A stretch of 64,000 nucleotides of DNA from Malacoraja senta (GCA_038087875.1 CM075978.1:100130001-100194000), one strand, 5' to 3'. Shown: positions 25,013 to 37,618, counted from the first letter of the stretch. Numbers and translations: made by a program. Notes: a model not told the origin generated them from the sequence alone.

Positions 25013-25298
25013 CAATTTTGTGGCTCGGCTACATTTTCACTCACTATATCTGTTCCCAGTAACCCATTGATCAGATAATCACTACGACCTATCTTCCGGG
25101 GCTGGCATCACCCTATCAGAGATAATCTATCTGTCTTCTCAATTGTGTGCCACGCCTTCATGTTTGCTCTCGGCAACGGGTGTACGAGGGCACTTGGGTA
25201 CCTTTGTAGGTAGCCACAAAATGCTGGAGTAACTCAGTGCGACGGGCAGCATCTCTGGAGAGACGGAATGGGTAATGTTTTGGGTCAAGACCCTTCTT

Positions 25299-25721
25299 TT
25301 TTTTTTCTTTTTTTTAAAATATTTTTATTTTATTAGAAGTACAATTGTATACAATCATATTTTCATAATACATTTTATGTACAGCTTCTTATTTTTTTTA
25401 AGTTTTATAATAAAGAAGAAAAAGAAAAAGAAGTTAGATAATGAAATATAGAAAAATGTGAGATATATAGTGTGTGGAAAAGAAAAATAGAGAGTGAAAG
25501 AAGAAAGTTAAAGAATAGAAAATAGGAAAAAGAGAATAAAAGAAGAAAAGGGAAGAAAAAGAAAAAAGAAGTAAGGAGATCTTATTTATAATCTTGACCA
25601 TCCCTCGCCCAGTCACAAGTTAGCTTTTACAATTGTGTTGCACCACATGATTCCAAAAAGACGACAAATGGAGACCAACTCGTTGTGAATTGGTTAAATT
25701 TATCTATTAGGAGGAATCGCA
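25299..25721 (-). mobile_element. 5'-truncated L1 3' end with 17-bp TSD
   Basis: TSD GGGTCAAGACCCTTCTT at 25282-25298 and 25722-25738; poly(T) and TTTATT at the left. Reverse complement RFLLIDKFNQFTTSWSPF aligns by eye to the L1 ORF2 C-terminus near 44260. Confidence 0.85.
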
Positions 25722-26554
25722 GGGTCAAGACCCTTCTTAAGACTGATGTCAGGGGAGTGGGTGGGACAGAGATAGAATGAAGTGGCAGACAGTAAGACTG
25801 GTGGGAGAACTAGGAAGGGGGAGGGGATGTCTCCAGGTGTCAACAGAAGTTGACACCTGGAACAGCAGATACAGTAGATGAGGTTGGAGGAGGTGCAAGT
25901 GAACATCTGCCTCACCTGAAAAGACTGTCGGGGTCCTTGGATGGAGTCGAGGGGGGAGGTAAAGGGACAGGTGTTGCATCTCCTGCAGTTGCAGGGGAAA
26001 GTACCTGGGGAAGGGGTGGTTTGGGTGGGAAAGGACGAGTTGACCAGGGAGTTGTGATGGGAAGGGTCTCTGCGGAAAGCAACAAGGGGTGGAGATGGGA
26101 AGATGTGGCCAGTACTGGGATCCCATTGGAAGTGTTGGAGTATTATATGCTTGCATTATAGGCATATAATCCTTCAGGTGTCAACTACTGTACATCGGCG
26201 AGACCAAGCGCAGGCTCGGCGATCATTTCGCTGAACACCTCCGCTCAGTCCGCCTTAACCTACCTGATCTCCCGGTTTCTCAGCACTTTAACTCCCCCTC
26301 CCATTCCCAATCTGACTTTTCTGTCCTGGGCCTCCTCCATTGTCAGAGTGAGGCCCAGCACAAATTGGAGGAACAGCAGCTCATATTTCGCTTCGGTAGC
26401 TTACACCCCAGCGGTATGAACATTGACTTCTCTAACTTCAAGTAGCCCTTGCTTTCCCTCTCTCTCCATCCCCTTCCCCTTCCCAGTTCTCCCACCAGTC
26501 TTACTGTCTCCCACTTCATTCTATCTCTGTCCCACCCACTCCCCTGACATCAGT

Positions 26555-26582
26555 CTGAAGAAGGGTCTTGACCGGAAACGTC
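26555..26582 (+). ncRNA. Minimal hammerhead ribozyme core in the Penelope 3' pLTR
   Basis: CTGAAGAAGGGTCTTGACCGGAAACGTC, ~110 nt downstream of the GIY-YIG stop; one stem II mismatch. Confidence 0.55.
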
Positions 26583-27407
26583 ACCCATTCCTTCTCTCCA
26601 GAGATGCTGCCTGTCCCGCTGAATTACTCCAACATTTTCTGTCTACCTTCGATTTAAACCAGCATCTACAGTTCTTTCCAACTGGGTACCTTTGTATATC
26701 CACACTTCCTAATCGATCACCATTTAATTAATAGTAATATGTAAATGAACCGGCCTAAGGGCCGTTTTTGTGTTGTGTAGCGCCAAGCGATGATAACTTT
26801 TTTTTCCTGCCAGTGAATATCTTCACATTTATCGGTTATTATAATACATTTGCCATGGTTTTGCCCATTTGCCCAATTTCAACGTCTCAATGATTCCTCT
26901 CTGCGTCCTCCTTATAACTCACAATCTCACTCCATTCAGTGTCATCGGCAAACTTCTACATATTGCATTTTGTTCATTTGTCCAAATTAGTGATGTATGT
27001 TGTGAACAACTCAGGCCAAAGCATGATCCCTGCAGTACCTCACTGCCACATGGGAAGCACCATTGGTCCTGCTTCCTGTTCAATGCCTGGTCAACCAATC
27101 TTCAATCCATGCCAGTGTATTACCCCAATCCTACGTATTTCATTTTTAAATACAACTTTCACATGAAACTTAATTTAAAAACTTGAAAATACAAGTGCAG
27201 CATATCTCCCTTATCTATTCTAGGTTACATGCATTAGTTTAGTTTAAGTTAGTTTAGTTTAGTTTAGTTTAGTTTAGAGATATCGCGTGGAAACAGGCTT
27301 ATCAGCCCAACGACCAACAAGCCCTGAACACTAACGTGCACACACAAGGGACAATTAACAATTTTACAGAGCCAATAAAACTGAACATCTTTGGAGTGTG
27401 GGAGAAA

Positions 27408-28040
27408 GCATTTATTTCAAGAGGGCTTCTATACAAAAACATGGATATAATGCTGAGGCTCTATAAGGCACTAGTAAGGCTGCATTTGGAATATTGTGAG
27501 CAATTTTGGGCACCATAACTGAGTATGTGCTGACTATGGAGAGAGTTCAGAGGATGTTTACAAGAATGATCCCAGGAATGAGTAGGTTAACTTATGATGA
27601 ATGTTTGTCAGCACTGGGCTTCTACTCGCTGGAGTTTAGAAAAATGATGGGAGACCTCATTGAAACATACAGAATAGTGAAAGGCTTGGATAGAGTGGAT
27701 GTGGAGAGGATGTTTCCACTAAAGGGAGAGTCTAGGACTAGAGGTCATTGCCTCAGAATTAAAGGACATTCTTTTAGGAAGGAGATGAGGAGAGATTTCT
27801 TTAGTCAGAGGGCGGTGAATCTGTGGAATTCTTTGCCACAGAAGGCTGTTAGTGGATATTTTTAAGGCAGAGATAGATAGATTCTTGATTAGTACAGGTG
27901 TCAGAGGTTATGGGGAGAGGGCAGGAGAATGGGGTTAGGAGAGAGAGTTAGATCAGCCATGATTGAATGGCGGGGACTTGATGGGCCGAATGGCCTAATT
28001 CTATTCATATTCCTTATGACCTTATGTTCTATTCCTATTC
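27408..28040 (+). mobile_element. CR1 3' fragment (shorter copies at ~48800-49200 and ~61331-61730)
   Basis: LYKALVRLHLEYCEQFW..ERVQRMFTRMIP..SRTRGH..FFSQRAVNLWNSLP. Confidence 0.87.
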
Positions 28041-28044
28041 CTTA

Positions 28045-28185
28045 TGAAACCACAGCTCCTGGAGAAAATCCACGCAGGTCACGGGGAGATCGTACAAACT
28101 CCGTACAGACAGCACCCGTAGTCATGATCGAACCCGGGGCTCTGGTGCTGTAAGGCAGGAACTCTACCACTGTGCCACCGTGCCG
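28045..28185 (-). mobile_element. V-SINE 5' half (copies at ~49205-49343 and ~61730-61868)
   Basis: Reverse complement of the tRNA-like head. Confidence 0.75.
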
Positions 28186-28949
28186 CACAAAGCTACTAGA
28201 TACAGAATATATTGTGTTTGGATGCACGAATACTGGGCTTTACAGTGCATGTAGGAGGTGGAATAGACCCATACAGTTATAGAGCATGGAAACAGGCCGT
28301 TCAGCCCAACTAGTCCATGCCCAACAGGATCCCCATCTAAGTTAGAAACATTTGTCAGAGTTTGACCCATATCCTTTTCATATGGGACTAGCTTAGATGT
28401 GGTAGAATAGACTATGTGAAGACAACAAGGAAATCAGTTCTGGTTACGTAGATGTACAATACAGATTGGGATGTGAGAGAAAACCCAGATGAAATCCACC
28501 CGTTCACAGGGAGAATATACAAACTCCACATAGACAGCGCCAGAGGTCGGGATTGAACCTAGCTCACTGGAGCTGTGGTCTATCAATTAAGCCACAGTCC
28601 CATAAGTAAATAAATATTACAAATAATAAATACCTGTATCTGATATGGATAAGTTTCGATTTACTGACATTGTGTAAACCTTTAGGAATTGGCAAGTGAT
28701 ATTGTGAATGCCCTACATAGCCCACACAGTGAAACAGCAGTGGGAAGAATCAAAGTTACAACCAACATTGGCCTACATTTAAAGCAAACCTGAAACCAGC
28801 TCTAGTAACACCAAGAATAAGAACGGAAAATGCTAGAAATACTCAGCAGGCCAGGAAGCAACTGTGGAGAGAGGCAGAATTAACATTTTAAGCTGCTTTC
28901 AGCATTTTCTATTTTTCTGTCTCAGCATCCACAGTTGTTAGTTTTCAAC

Positions 28950-29238
28950 TAATTTAGTTTAGAGATACAGTGCACAAACAGGCCCTTTGGCCCACCGAGT
29001 CCGCACCGACCAGTGATCACCCCGTACACTAACACTATCCTACACACTGGGGACAATTTACAATTCTTACCAAAGCCAATTAACCTACAAACTATACGTC
29101 TTTGGAAAGTGGGAGGAAACTGGAGCTCCCAGAGAAAACCCACGTGGTCACGGTGAGAACATACAAACTCCGTACAGACAGCACCCGTAGTCAGGATAGA
29201 ACCCTGGTCTCTGGCGCTGTAAGGCATCAACTCTACCC
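28950..29238 (-). mobile_element. V-SINE, unit A only
   Basis: Reverse-complement SINE with (TTTAG) tail. Confidence 0.82.
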
Positions 29239-29789
29239 TTCATTATGATGGCAGCCTTGCCCAGTGCAGTGGGTGCCTGGAACGTGCTGTCAGGGATGTT
29301 GGTGTTGTGACTGGGAGCCGTACTGTACACGGCCCCTTACGGTTTGTTAAGACCCTGAGGCCCAACGTCTTCACACAGGCTAGTAGGTATATGGAACGAG
29401 CTGCCAGGAACGAGGCAGGTACAATGACAACAATCAACAGACATTTGGACAGATACATGGATAGGGATACATGTTTCGAGGGATATGGGTCAAAAGTGGG
29501 CAAATAGGACTCCCGAGTTCAGCATGCTGGTTGGCAGGGATGAGTTGCGCCGAAGGGCATGTCTCTGTGCTGCCTGACCCTCAATAAAGATCATTGTGCC
29601 ATGTGCAGGAACACTGAAGCACATGGTGTCTAGACCCTCTGTTTTCTGGGCATGAAAGAGTGAGTCAGCACTGAGAAGGTGCAGAGGATTTACATCGTAA
29701 GATGATGTGTAGGGATTTATTTGATGCGGTGAGCTGTGGTGGGGATGTGGTTTGCAGGGGCAGAGGTGGGCAGCAAGGAACCTTTACTT

Positions 29790-30090
29790 TAAGCTTTAGA
29801 GATACAGCGCAGAAACAGGCCCTTTGTCCCACCGTGTCCGCACCAACCAGCGATCACCCATACAGCACTATCCTACGCACGAGGGACAATTCTTTTTTTT
29901 TTTTGCCAAAGACAAATAACTTACAAACATACACATCTTTGGCATGTGGGGGGAAACCGGGGCACCCGGAGGAAACCCACGCGTCACAGGGCGAACATGC
30001 AAACTCCGTAGAGGCAGCACCCATAGTCGGGATCGAACCTGAGTCCCTGGCACGGTAAAGCAGCAAAATTACCACTGCGCCACCGTGCCG
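29790..30090 (-). mobile_element. V-SINE (copy at ~62452-62750; truncated in unit C)
   Basis: Reverse-complement full SINE. Confidence 0.8.
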
Positions 30091-31649
30091 CCTGGCCGGG
30101 TAGCAACAGAGAGACCACCAAGCATTTCCGACTCACCACCCCACTTCCACTCATGCAACAAGTTCTCAAGATTATGTTTTATTCCTTTCTTTAATCGGTT
30201 AATGTAAAAAGAATCCAGTTACGCAGTTAAGGCCACCGGTCTACTTAACCTCTCACTCTGCCACAAGTGTGCTCCACCTACAGATCTGTCGGATGGAAGT
30301 ACTTCTGAATTGGTCTACTTTCTGTATGATGCAACCTGCCTCAATCTCGCTAATGCAGCTCTCTAAATGCAGCAGCAATTTAGCCTGAGCTGCCTTCCTT
30401 CTACCGAGGCAGGGCTCACAGCAACAGCACACAGCAATGCCTCTACAACCACTGTGAGAGGCTTGAACAGAAGAGAGGTTAAATGAGAATAATGTTGACT
30501 AACGGAACGTGTAAAGAGATTGAAGAAGGACCTCGACCCCGAATGTCACCTATCCATGTTCTCCAGAGATGCTGCCTGACCCACTGAGATACTTCAGCAC
30601 TTTGGGTCTTTTTGTGTGAAGGAACAAGGTTGGATGGTCTCTGTAAATGATAGCTGCAGAATCTGGTCCAGCACACACTATCTAATAAAATCAAGGTTAT
30701 CACCTGGAATTGTTGAACTCAATGGAGAGATAAGTTGCTGTACCTCATGTTTATGCTGATTTTCATTGTGTGGGAGGCTGAGGGCAGGTGGAGTAAATGA
30801 GCCAAAAATCTAGAGGAGAGCATGAAGTCTTACCGACATTCATCATCAACCAACGATGTCAAGTAAAGGTTAAAGCCCCGTGCCTAGTGTAGCATATCCA
30901 GTTCCTAGAAAAATCCCCTAAACATTCCTCCTCTGAGTGCATCTTGATACCGGGCTGGCAGCAATGGAAGGACACTGCAAGTTATCAGTGGCCACCAGAC
31001 TAACGTTCGGGTCTTGCGGTAATTGTCTGACCATCCTCATGTCTGGAGGCATGGGGCAAATCAAACACAACTAGTTCACAAGCAGGAGAGCAGGTCATTC
31101 TGCTTCTTACACTTGTCCTGCCAATAAAAATTTGACTGAATGTTGATGATGTGAGCTAGAGAATACCAAGAGAAGATCCATGTTCTTCTTGTAACATCAG
31201 GAAATCTATCATGTTGGACAAATGGAGAACAAAGGATCCTCAGTTTCCAATCTCGTCCAAAGGTTTGCCCCCCCATTGGTGCAACGTTGAAGGAGCCGTG
31301 TGCGCTCCTCTGCCTTTAGGAACGGAGCCCGGTCCAGCTGGGCCCCAGGCTGGTGCAGGGCCTCCAGCAGCCCATTCCACCATCGAGGCCGTGCACTCCC
31401 TCCCACGGCCAACTTGGTCATGGAATAGCTAACGTATTGTAGCCACAAAAATAAGGTCTACAATTGTCACGGGTTGCGATGCCTGCTTTACGAGGAGCTA
31501 GGACACCGAAGCAAAAACCTGCTCTCTCATCGTGTTCCTTTGAGCACTGCTCAAAGTGGCATGCTTTTCTTTCTGAGCCACTTGATCCCTAACAAACAGC
31601 CTTAAAATGTGACTGCAAAGTGATCAGTTGGACAACTCTTTTAATCACA

Positions 31650-31925
31650 GCCAGGGTGACGCAGTGGTAGAGTTGCTGCCTTACAGCACCTGAGACTTGG
31701 GTTTGATCCTGACTATGGAGTTTGCATGTTCTCCCTGTGACCACGTGGGTTTTCTCCAGGTACTCCGGTTTCCTCCCACATTCCAAAGACATGCGGGTTC
31801 GTAGGTTAATTGGCTTCTGTAAAGTGTCCCTAGAATCAGGGATAGAATTAGCATACAGGGTGAATATTGGTCGGAGTGGATTAGGTGGGCCAAATGGCCT
31901 GTTTGCATGCTGTATCTCTAAACTA
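31650..31925 (+). mobile_element. V-SINE (copy at ~51448-51723)
   Basis: Head, V domain and tail. Confidence 0.8.
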
Positions 31926-32710
31926 CAACTGACTAATGCAACATGCAGTGCATGTTAAAGGCTTCCAGAGAGCAGACACTACACCAAATGCAATTCTGCA
32001 GATTACCAGTCATTAATCAGCCTATAGGTTACACAGTTTCAGAGTTTTGCTTGTAGTAGATGAACCCAAGGTTTCGCTGCCTTCAACATTATTGTGGAAG
32101 CCTTTCCAGGTGTACAGATTTGCACACAGAAATTAACTTACAATGAAATAATGACAAGACAATCTTTTCTCATGATGTTAAGGAAATATTGATCAGCTCT
32201 TCTTCAAAACACGTCCGTGGGATCTTTTACATCATCCTGAAAGAACAGATGGGCCCAGGGCTAGCAACTCAGCTTGGAAACAGCAGCGACCACTCAGTAT
32301 CTCAGTCAAGAGTCACAAGAGTATAATTGTCATTTATACCGACAACAGAACAATTAATTTCTCACTTGAACCAAATACGTTTCTCACTGAGCTCTGAGAC
32401 TTCACCGATTTCCAACATTTTTTTTCGCCACTGATCCTCTAGCTTAAGCAAAGCATATAGGCAGTGGGCACTGGACAGGGATTGGGATTGGAAGCCTAAG
32501 GGTCTCCTACTTCCCTGGTCAACGTACACCCCAACAGTTATGCCAAAAGGCCACCTTCCATGAAGTGAGGATCTCATCACAAAGACAGCAGAGTGTTAAC
32601 GTCTAAGTTAGATCTACCACTCAAGGCAGGTTGCTGCTTTGATCCTAACTCCGTAATCTAGGTTAGATGTGGTTTTCAGATTAATTGTGCTCTAGATTGT
32701 TCGAAAGAAG

Positions 32711-32854
32711 AGGAAAGTCCATAAATTTGGAGGCTCTTGGGGTCTTAACCCCTGACTCAGTCATCGGTGATATCATTTTCCGTGCAAGGAGGTAGAAACC
32801 CCTCTGCTGCCAGGAACAGGCAGCAAACCACGTGGATGCTGCCCTCTATAAAAG
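32711..32854 (+). promoter_or_regulatory. IL-17 proximal promoter, unit A
   Basis: TATAAAAG at 32847-32854, 125 nt before the ATG. kB-like AGGAAAGTCC at 32711-32720, AP-1 TGACTCA at 32753-32759, E-box CACGTG at 32829-32834. Confidence 0.65.
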
Positions 32855-32971
32855 AGCATGCAGCAAGTACTCAAACAACCAGACTCAAGGCAGACTTCAG
32901 AGCAGACACTGCCTCATTCAGGGGAGACCAACCTCAAGCAACCCAAAAGCGAACAAGCAAGAGACTCCAAG

Positions 32972-32995
32972 ATGTTTTGCAAGGACCGACTTATG
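32972..32995 (+). CDS. IL17A/F: IL-17A/F-like cytokine, unit A, coding exon 1 (MFCKDRLM)
   Basis: AAGATG start downstream of a TATA box. Phase-0 donor ATG|GTGAGT joins exon 2 in frame. A short first coding exon is typical of IL-17A/F genes. Confidence 0.72.
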
Positions 32996-34429
32996 GTGAG
33001 TGATGAGAATCTGTTTAAAAAATGAGGAGGGAGATCCACCAGATATTGAAGATATTGTAATCTGGAGCAAATGAGGAACCTAGAAGGTCAGGCAGCATTT
33101 GTGGGGGTAGATGGACAGGTGATGTTTTGTGACATCAGCATAGATATGTACAGAAGGTACAGCAAATTAAGCCAGGAACGTTGAAATTTGTGGCCCTTGA
33201 ACAGCTGGGCTCGCAAGGAAGACCGTCTTACTTTCTTTTACTAACTGTGCTATCCTGTAGTTGTACACTGCAGACAGCATATGTATAGTCTTTTCGCTGA
33301 GTGGATAATATACAAACAGAAAAGCTTTTCACGGTACCTTGGTGCATGTGACAATAATAAATTAAATCCAAAAGCGGAACCATATCTTGCTTCTGCTTAG
33401 ATACGCTACTGTTAAATTTTCAGTGGAATTTTTCAGTGTAGATTGAACTGACAGCCTGTGGACAGAGGATTACCTCAAGCAGGCATTAATATAACACTGA
33501 ATCAAGGCTGCACTCCCATCTCCACTTGCAGTTTTACCCGAATGCTTAGTGATTGAGGTCTGTATTAATGCAGTGAAAGGATTTTAGCACAGATTTTCCT
33601 GAGTGTGTTTGGGAATTGGGAAGAGTGGTCACTTAAGGTCGTGATGCAGGGTCTCGATCCGAAATGGCTACCGTCCCTCTACATCCACAGATGCTACCTG
33701 ACCTGCTGGGTTCCTCCATCAGACAGGTTCCAGCATCTGTAGTCTCTCAAGTCTCTAGAGCTTAAGATAGGTTATTGTGTGGAGGGAAAGAAGTTTCCAT
33801 GTCCAGCAAGGTCCCAAATCATTATGTTTCAAAGACGCAATAAACAGTGTGATGTTGGATAAACATGGCCAGAAATCCAGATGTGCTCTCATGTCCTTTA
33901 ACCAAATGATGCCATAGGATAGAAACATAGAAACATAGATTACGCAGGTCTAACACAGGGCGGCACAGCTGGTAGAATTGCTGTCTAAGAGCGCCAGACA
34001 CTCGGGTTCAATCCTGGCCTCGATTGCTGTCTGAGTGGAGTTTTGTGTGGAGCATATTGAACGCCGGGTTAAGGCTTGAAGGGCCGGGTGGCCTACCCCT
34101 GTTCCTATTTTCTTGTATCTAGTGAAAACTGTGTTTTTGTTAGACTTATCTTGCCCAAGATTATAGCAGTGAGTTTGTGAATCGCGGAGTCGCGTGAATA
34201 TCAAACATTCTTTCTCGGTGAAGGTTTTATGCTTTTAAGGAGGATGTGGCCTTATCAATGTTTAAACCTCTCACCACTCAATTTGTTTCACTTCAAAGAC
34301 CACAGCAGGTTCAAATAAAAACTAATTTGCCAGTATTGCAATAGAAGGAAGTTGTACGCTGCCCAATGCTCCCTTGCAGACTGTCATTGTGGGCTAAGTA
34401 ACGTTTCTACCATGGCCTTTCAAATGTGT

Positions 34430-34750
34430 GGGCGGCATGTTGGCGCAGTGGTAGAGTTGCTACCTTCAGCGTCAGAGTCCTGGGTTCGATCCTGATTACG
34501 AATGGTGATCCTGATTACGGGTGTTGCCTGTACGGAGTTTGTCTGTTCTCCCCTTGTGGGTTTTCTCCGAGATCTTCGGTTTCCTCACACACTCCAAAGA
34601 CGTACAGGTTTGTAGGTTAATTAGCTTGTTGTAAATGTAAATTTGTCCCTTGTGTGTAGGATAGCGTTAATGTGCGGGGATTACTGGTCGGTACGGACTC
34701 GGTGGGCCGAAGGGCCTGTTTCCGCGCTGTATCTCTAAACTAAACTAAAC
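34430..34750 (+). mobile_element. V-SINE in IL-17 intron 1 (copy at ~54223-54545)
   Basis: Full SINE with (CTAAA)n tail. Confidence 0.85.
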
Positions 34751-35469
34751 CTGAACTGCAATAATAAAATGAGGTACTACAAGTAATTCTGCTATAATGT
34801 GATTCATAAGCAACCTTGCATGACAGAAAATTGTCTTATAGAAACAATTGTGTCAATGGGGCAAAGGGGGTTTTCAACTTAAGAGTTTAACACTTGCAAT
34901 AAGAAAGTTTTTTTTACTGCAGGGTTTTCAAATTCATAGGTCTTTTTATTCGTGTATTTTGTTACTGCAAGCTTAAAACACTAAAGGCTGTATGTTATAT
35001 TGTCTAATAGAGTATCACTGCACAAATGTCTGTGGAAGTAATTCCTTGTCAATGTCCATGGCCACTGTGTTCTTAAATGACAATGGAATCCAATTACTGT
35101 GGGGAGGTTACACAGAAACAGCTTTTCCTTGGTTTTCTTTTTTCTCCCCAATATACTTTGTCACATTCCAGACTAACTTTTGTGGTTAATTCCTGATCAA
35201 AATTGCATTATAACCAATTTGTCATGTGTATTAACAATAATGTTCCTTAGTTCATCAGTTGTATTATATCCAATTAGTAATAATTAATGTACACTGTGTA
35301 AATAATTGCCTCACACATCTACTTTAAACCTCCCCCCTCTGCTCTTATAGTATTCTACATTTCCTTCCAGGAAAAGGTTCTGACTGTTTACCCTATCTAT
35401 GCCTCTCATCATTTTATATATTCTATCATGTCTCCCTTCAATCTCCAACCTAACTTCCTTATAGCTGAA

Positions 35470-35650
35470 GGTAGACACAAAATGCTGGAGTAACTCAGCG
35501 GGATAGGCAGCATCTCTGGAGAGAAGGAATGGGTGACGTTTCGGGTAGAGACCCTTCTTCAGTCTTCTCTCCAGATGTGCTGCCTGTCTTGCTGTTACTC
35601 CAGCATTTTGTGTCCACCCAAATTAAACCAGCATCTGTAGTTCTTTCCTA
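35470..35650. mobile_element. Penelope pLTR palindrome in intron 1 with a minus-strand hammerhead core at 35535-35562 (copy at ~55265-55445)
   Basis: Reverse complement CTGAAGAAGGGTCTCTACCCGAAACGTC, inserted in an old minus-strand CR1. Confidence 0.72.
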
Positions 35651-36042
35651 CTCCTTATAGCTGATATCCTCTAATCCATATTTTGATATTGCACTTTGCA
35701 CCCCCTCCAAAGCCTCCACGACCTTCCTATAATGGGATGACCAGAACTGCATGCAATACTCCAAATGCAGCCTAACCAAAGGTTTTTAAGATGCAACATG
35801 ACTTCCTGACTCACAGTGCCATGACCAACAAAGGCACGAATTTCATCCACCTTCTTTACCACTCTATCTACTTGTGTTGCTGCTTGATGGAGCTATGTGA
35901 CTTGGAACCCAAGATTGCTCTGTGCATCCATGCTGTTCAGGGTCTTGCCATTGCGATAATCATGCTGAAGTTGAATAGATTCTCAGCCGCGGCAGGTTGT
36001 CATCTGACGCGATGTGCTAAATGGCGCTATGGTTTTTTTCAG

Positions 36043-36257
36043 GCTTCTACTGTGCTGGTCATCTTGCTGCTCGCCGCCCTAACAGAAGCTGCCTCCACGG
36101 CAAAAGGCAAGAACAACAGAAGGAAAGGGGATCGCATGCGCTTAAAGAGAACCACAAAGTTGGAAATTGTAATGCTGTCTGCCAATTTCCCCAAGTACAA
36201 CGACCACATCCACGAGACTTCCTTCAGGGACCGCTCTCTATCCCCCTGGACCTACAA
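36043..36257 (+). CDS. IL17A/F: IL-17A/F-like cytokine, unit A, exon 2 (signal peptide, basic N-terminus, RSLSPWTY)
   Basis: Acceptor TTTTTTTCAG|; hydrophobic VLVILLLAALTEA; IL-17 motif RSLSPW; phase-2 donor AA|GTAAGT. Confidence 0.9.
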
Positions 36258-37293
36258 GTAAGTTCAAAGTCAAAGTCAATTTTATTACCCAAAGGTGCAG
36301 TGAATTTACCAGCAGCGATACACTTAAAAAGAATACACAATAAGATTTAACACAAACATCCACCACAGCATTCTTCACCGTGGTGGAAGGCAACAAAGTT
36401 CAGCCCATCCTCCTCCTTTGTTCACCCGTGGTCGGGGCCATAAACCCTCCGTAGTCGCCGCTACGGACAGCCCGATGTACAGGCCCTCTCATAGGGATGA
36501 TCAAAACTCCGACGTCGGGACGGTCAAACACACTCCGCAACTTGGAGGTCCCGAATCGGCACTTTCCTGAATCGGCACTTTCAACTAACAACCCATCCTT
36601 CCTTTACCTACAAAAACACTGAACCACCAGGGAAGCACAATCATACTCCCTCAGTCAAATATTTCATCACTCTCTTACAATCTATCTCCATTACGCTGAG
36701 TTGTCCATCCCTGCAGGCTCTCTGTCACTGGGACGTTATGTTCACAAGTTGTAGGAGCACAATTAGGCTATTCGGCCCATCTGGTCTACTCCACCATTCA
36801 ATCATGGCTAAATATCTTTCTCTCTCAACCCCATTCTCCTGCCTACTCCCCATAACCCCAGATACCCTTACTGATCAGTTCACCATCAGTCCCATCACAC
36901 CGTGGGTTGCCCTTCCCTGCAGCCTCTCTGTCACTGGTGATTCTCCATCACTCCTTCCATTGCTAAGGGCACTCATTCACGCCAGCTCCCCATCACTACA
37001 CTACCTCCTTTGCTCTCTCGATCACTGTAGGCTGCCGGTCTCTTCTCCCCTTTGGGATCTCTGGTGATCGTACCATCACTGAGGACACCCCATTTCTCCT
37101 GGTTCTCCATCACTGCCTGTTCACCGACACTCTCCTCGTCACTGTAATCTCTTCATTGCTCTCTCTGTAGCACCCCTCACTTCACATTACTTCATCATCA
37201 TTCCAGAAACCACTGGGCATCTGTATAATAGGCTCTCGATGCCCAGCATGCTTCTCATCCTCTTCCATTGCAGGGTATATGGGCAGTCACAGT

Positions 37294-37573
37294 ATGGCAC
37301 AGTGGTGCAGCAAGAGTTGCTGCCTTACAGCGCCAGAGACCTTTGTTCGATTCTGACTAAGGGTGCTTGTTTGTATGTTCTCCCCATGATGGCGTGGGTT
37401 TTCCCCAGGTGCTCCTGTTTCCTCCCACACCTCAAAGACACACAGGTTTGTAGGTTCATTGGCTTTGGTAAAGATTGTGTATTGTCCCTAGCATGTAGGA
37501 TGGTGATCGCTGACCGGTGCAGACTCGGTGGGCTGAAGAACCTGTTTCCACGCTAAACTAAACTAAACTAAAC
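37294..37573 (+). mobile_element. V-SINE in IL-17 intron 2 (copy at ~57307-57586)
   Basis: Head, V domain and (CTAAA)n tail ending ~45 nt before the exon 3 acceptor. Confidence 0.82.
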
Positions 37574-37618
37574 AGTCCCTATAACAATGAGATGGTTTAC
37601 TAATTTCTCTTCTTGCAG

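Larger units (their letters stand above)
25218..26680. mobile_element. Rearranged Penelope-like element (GIY-YIG endonuclease remnant) with inverted pLTRs
   Basis: Plus strand 26176-26445 reads RCQLLYIGETKRRLGDHFAEHLRSV..VSQHFN..KLEEQQLIFRFGSLHPSGMNIDFSNFK*. Minus strand ~25846-26135 reads FPCNCRRCNTC..FTCTSSNLIYCICCSRCQLL. Terminal arms are inverted. Confidence 0.88.

Noticed and set aside
31076-31448. GC-rich ORFs upstream of the IL-17 promoter
   Set aside because: No recognisable homology, and the frame differs between units A and C through indels, which argues against coding constraint.
35791-36042. N-terminal part of the 156-aa ORF upstream of IL-17 exon 2 (also 55586-55837)
   Set aside because: Intronic read-through in an old antisense CR1; the exon starts at the acceptor at 36043.
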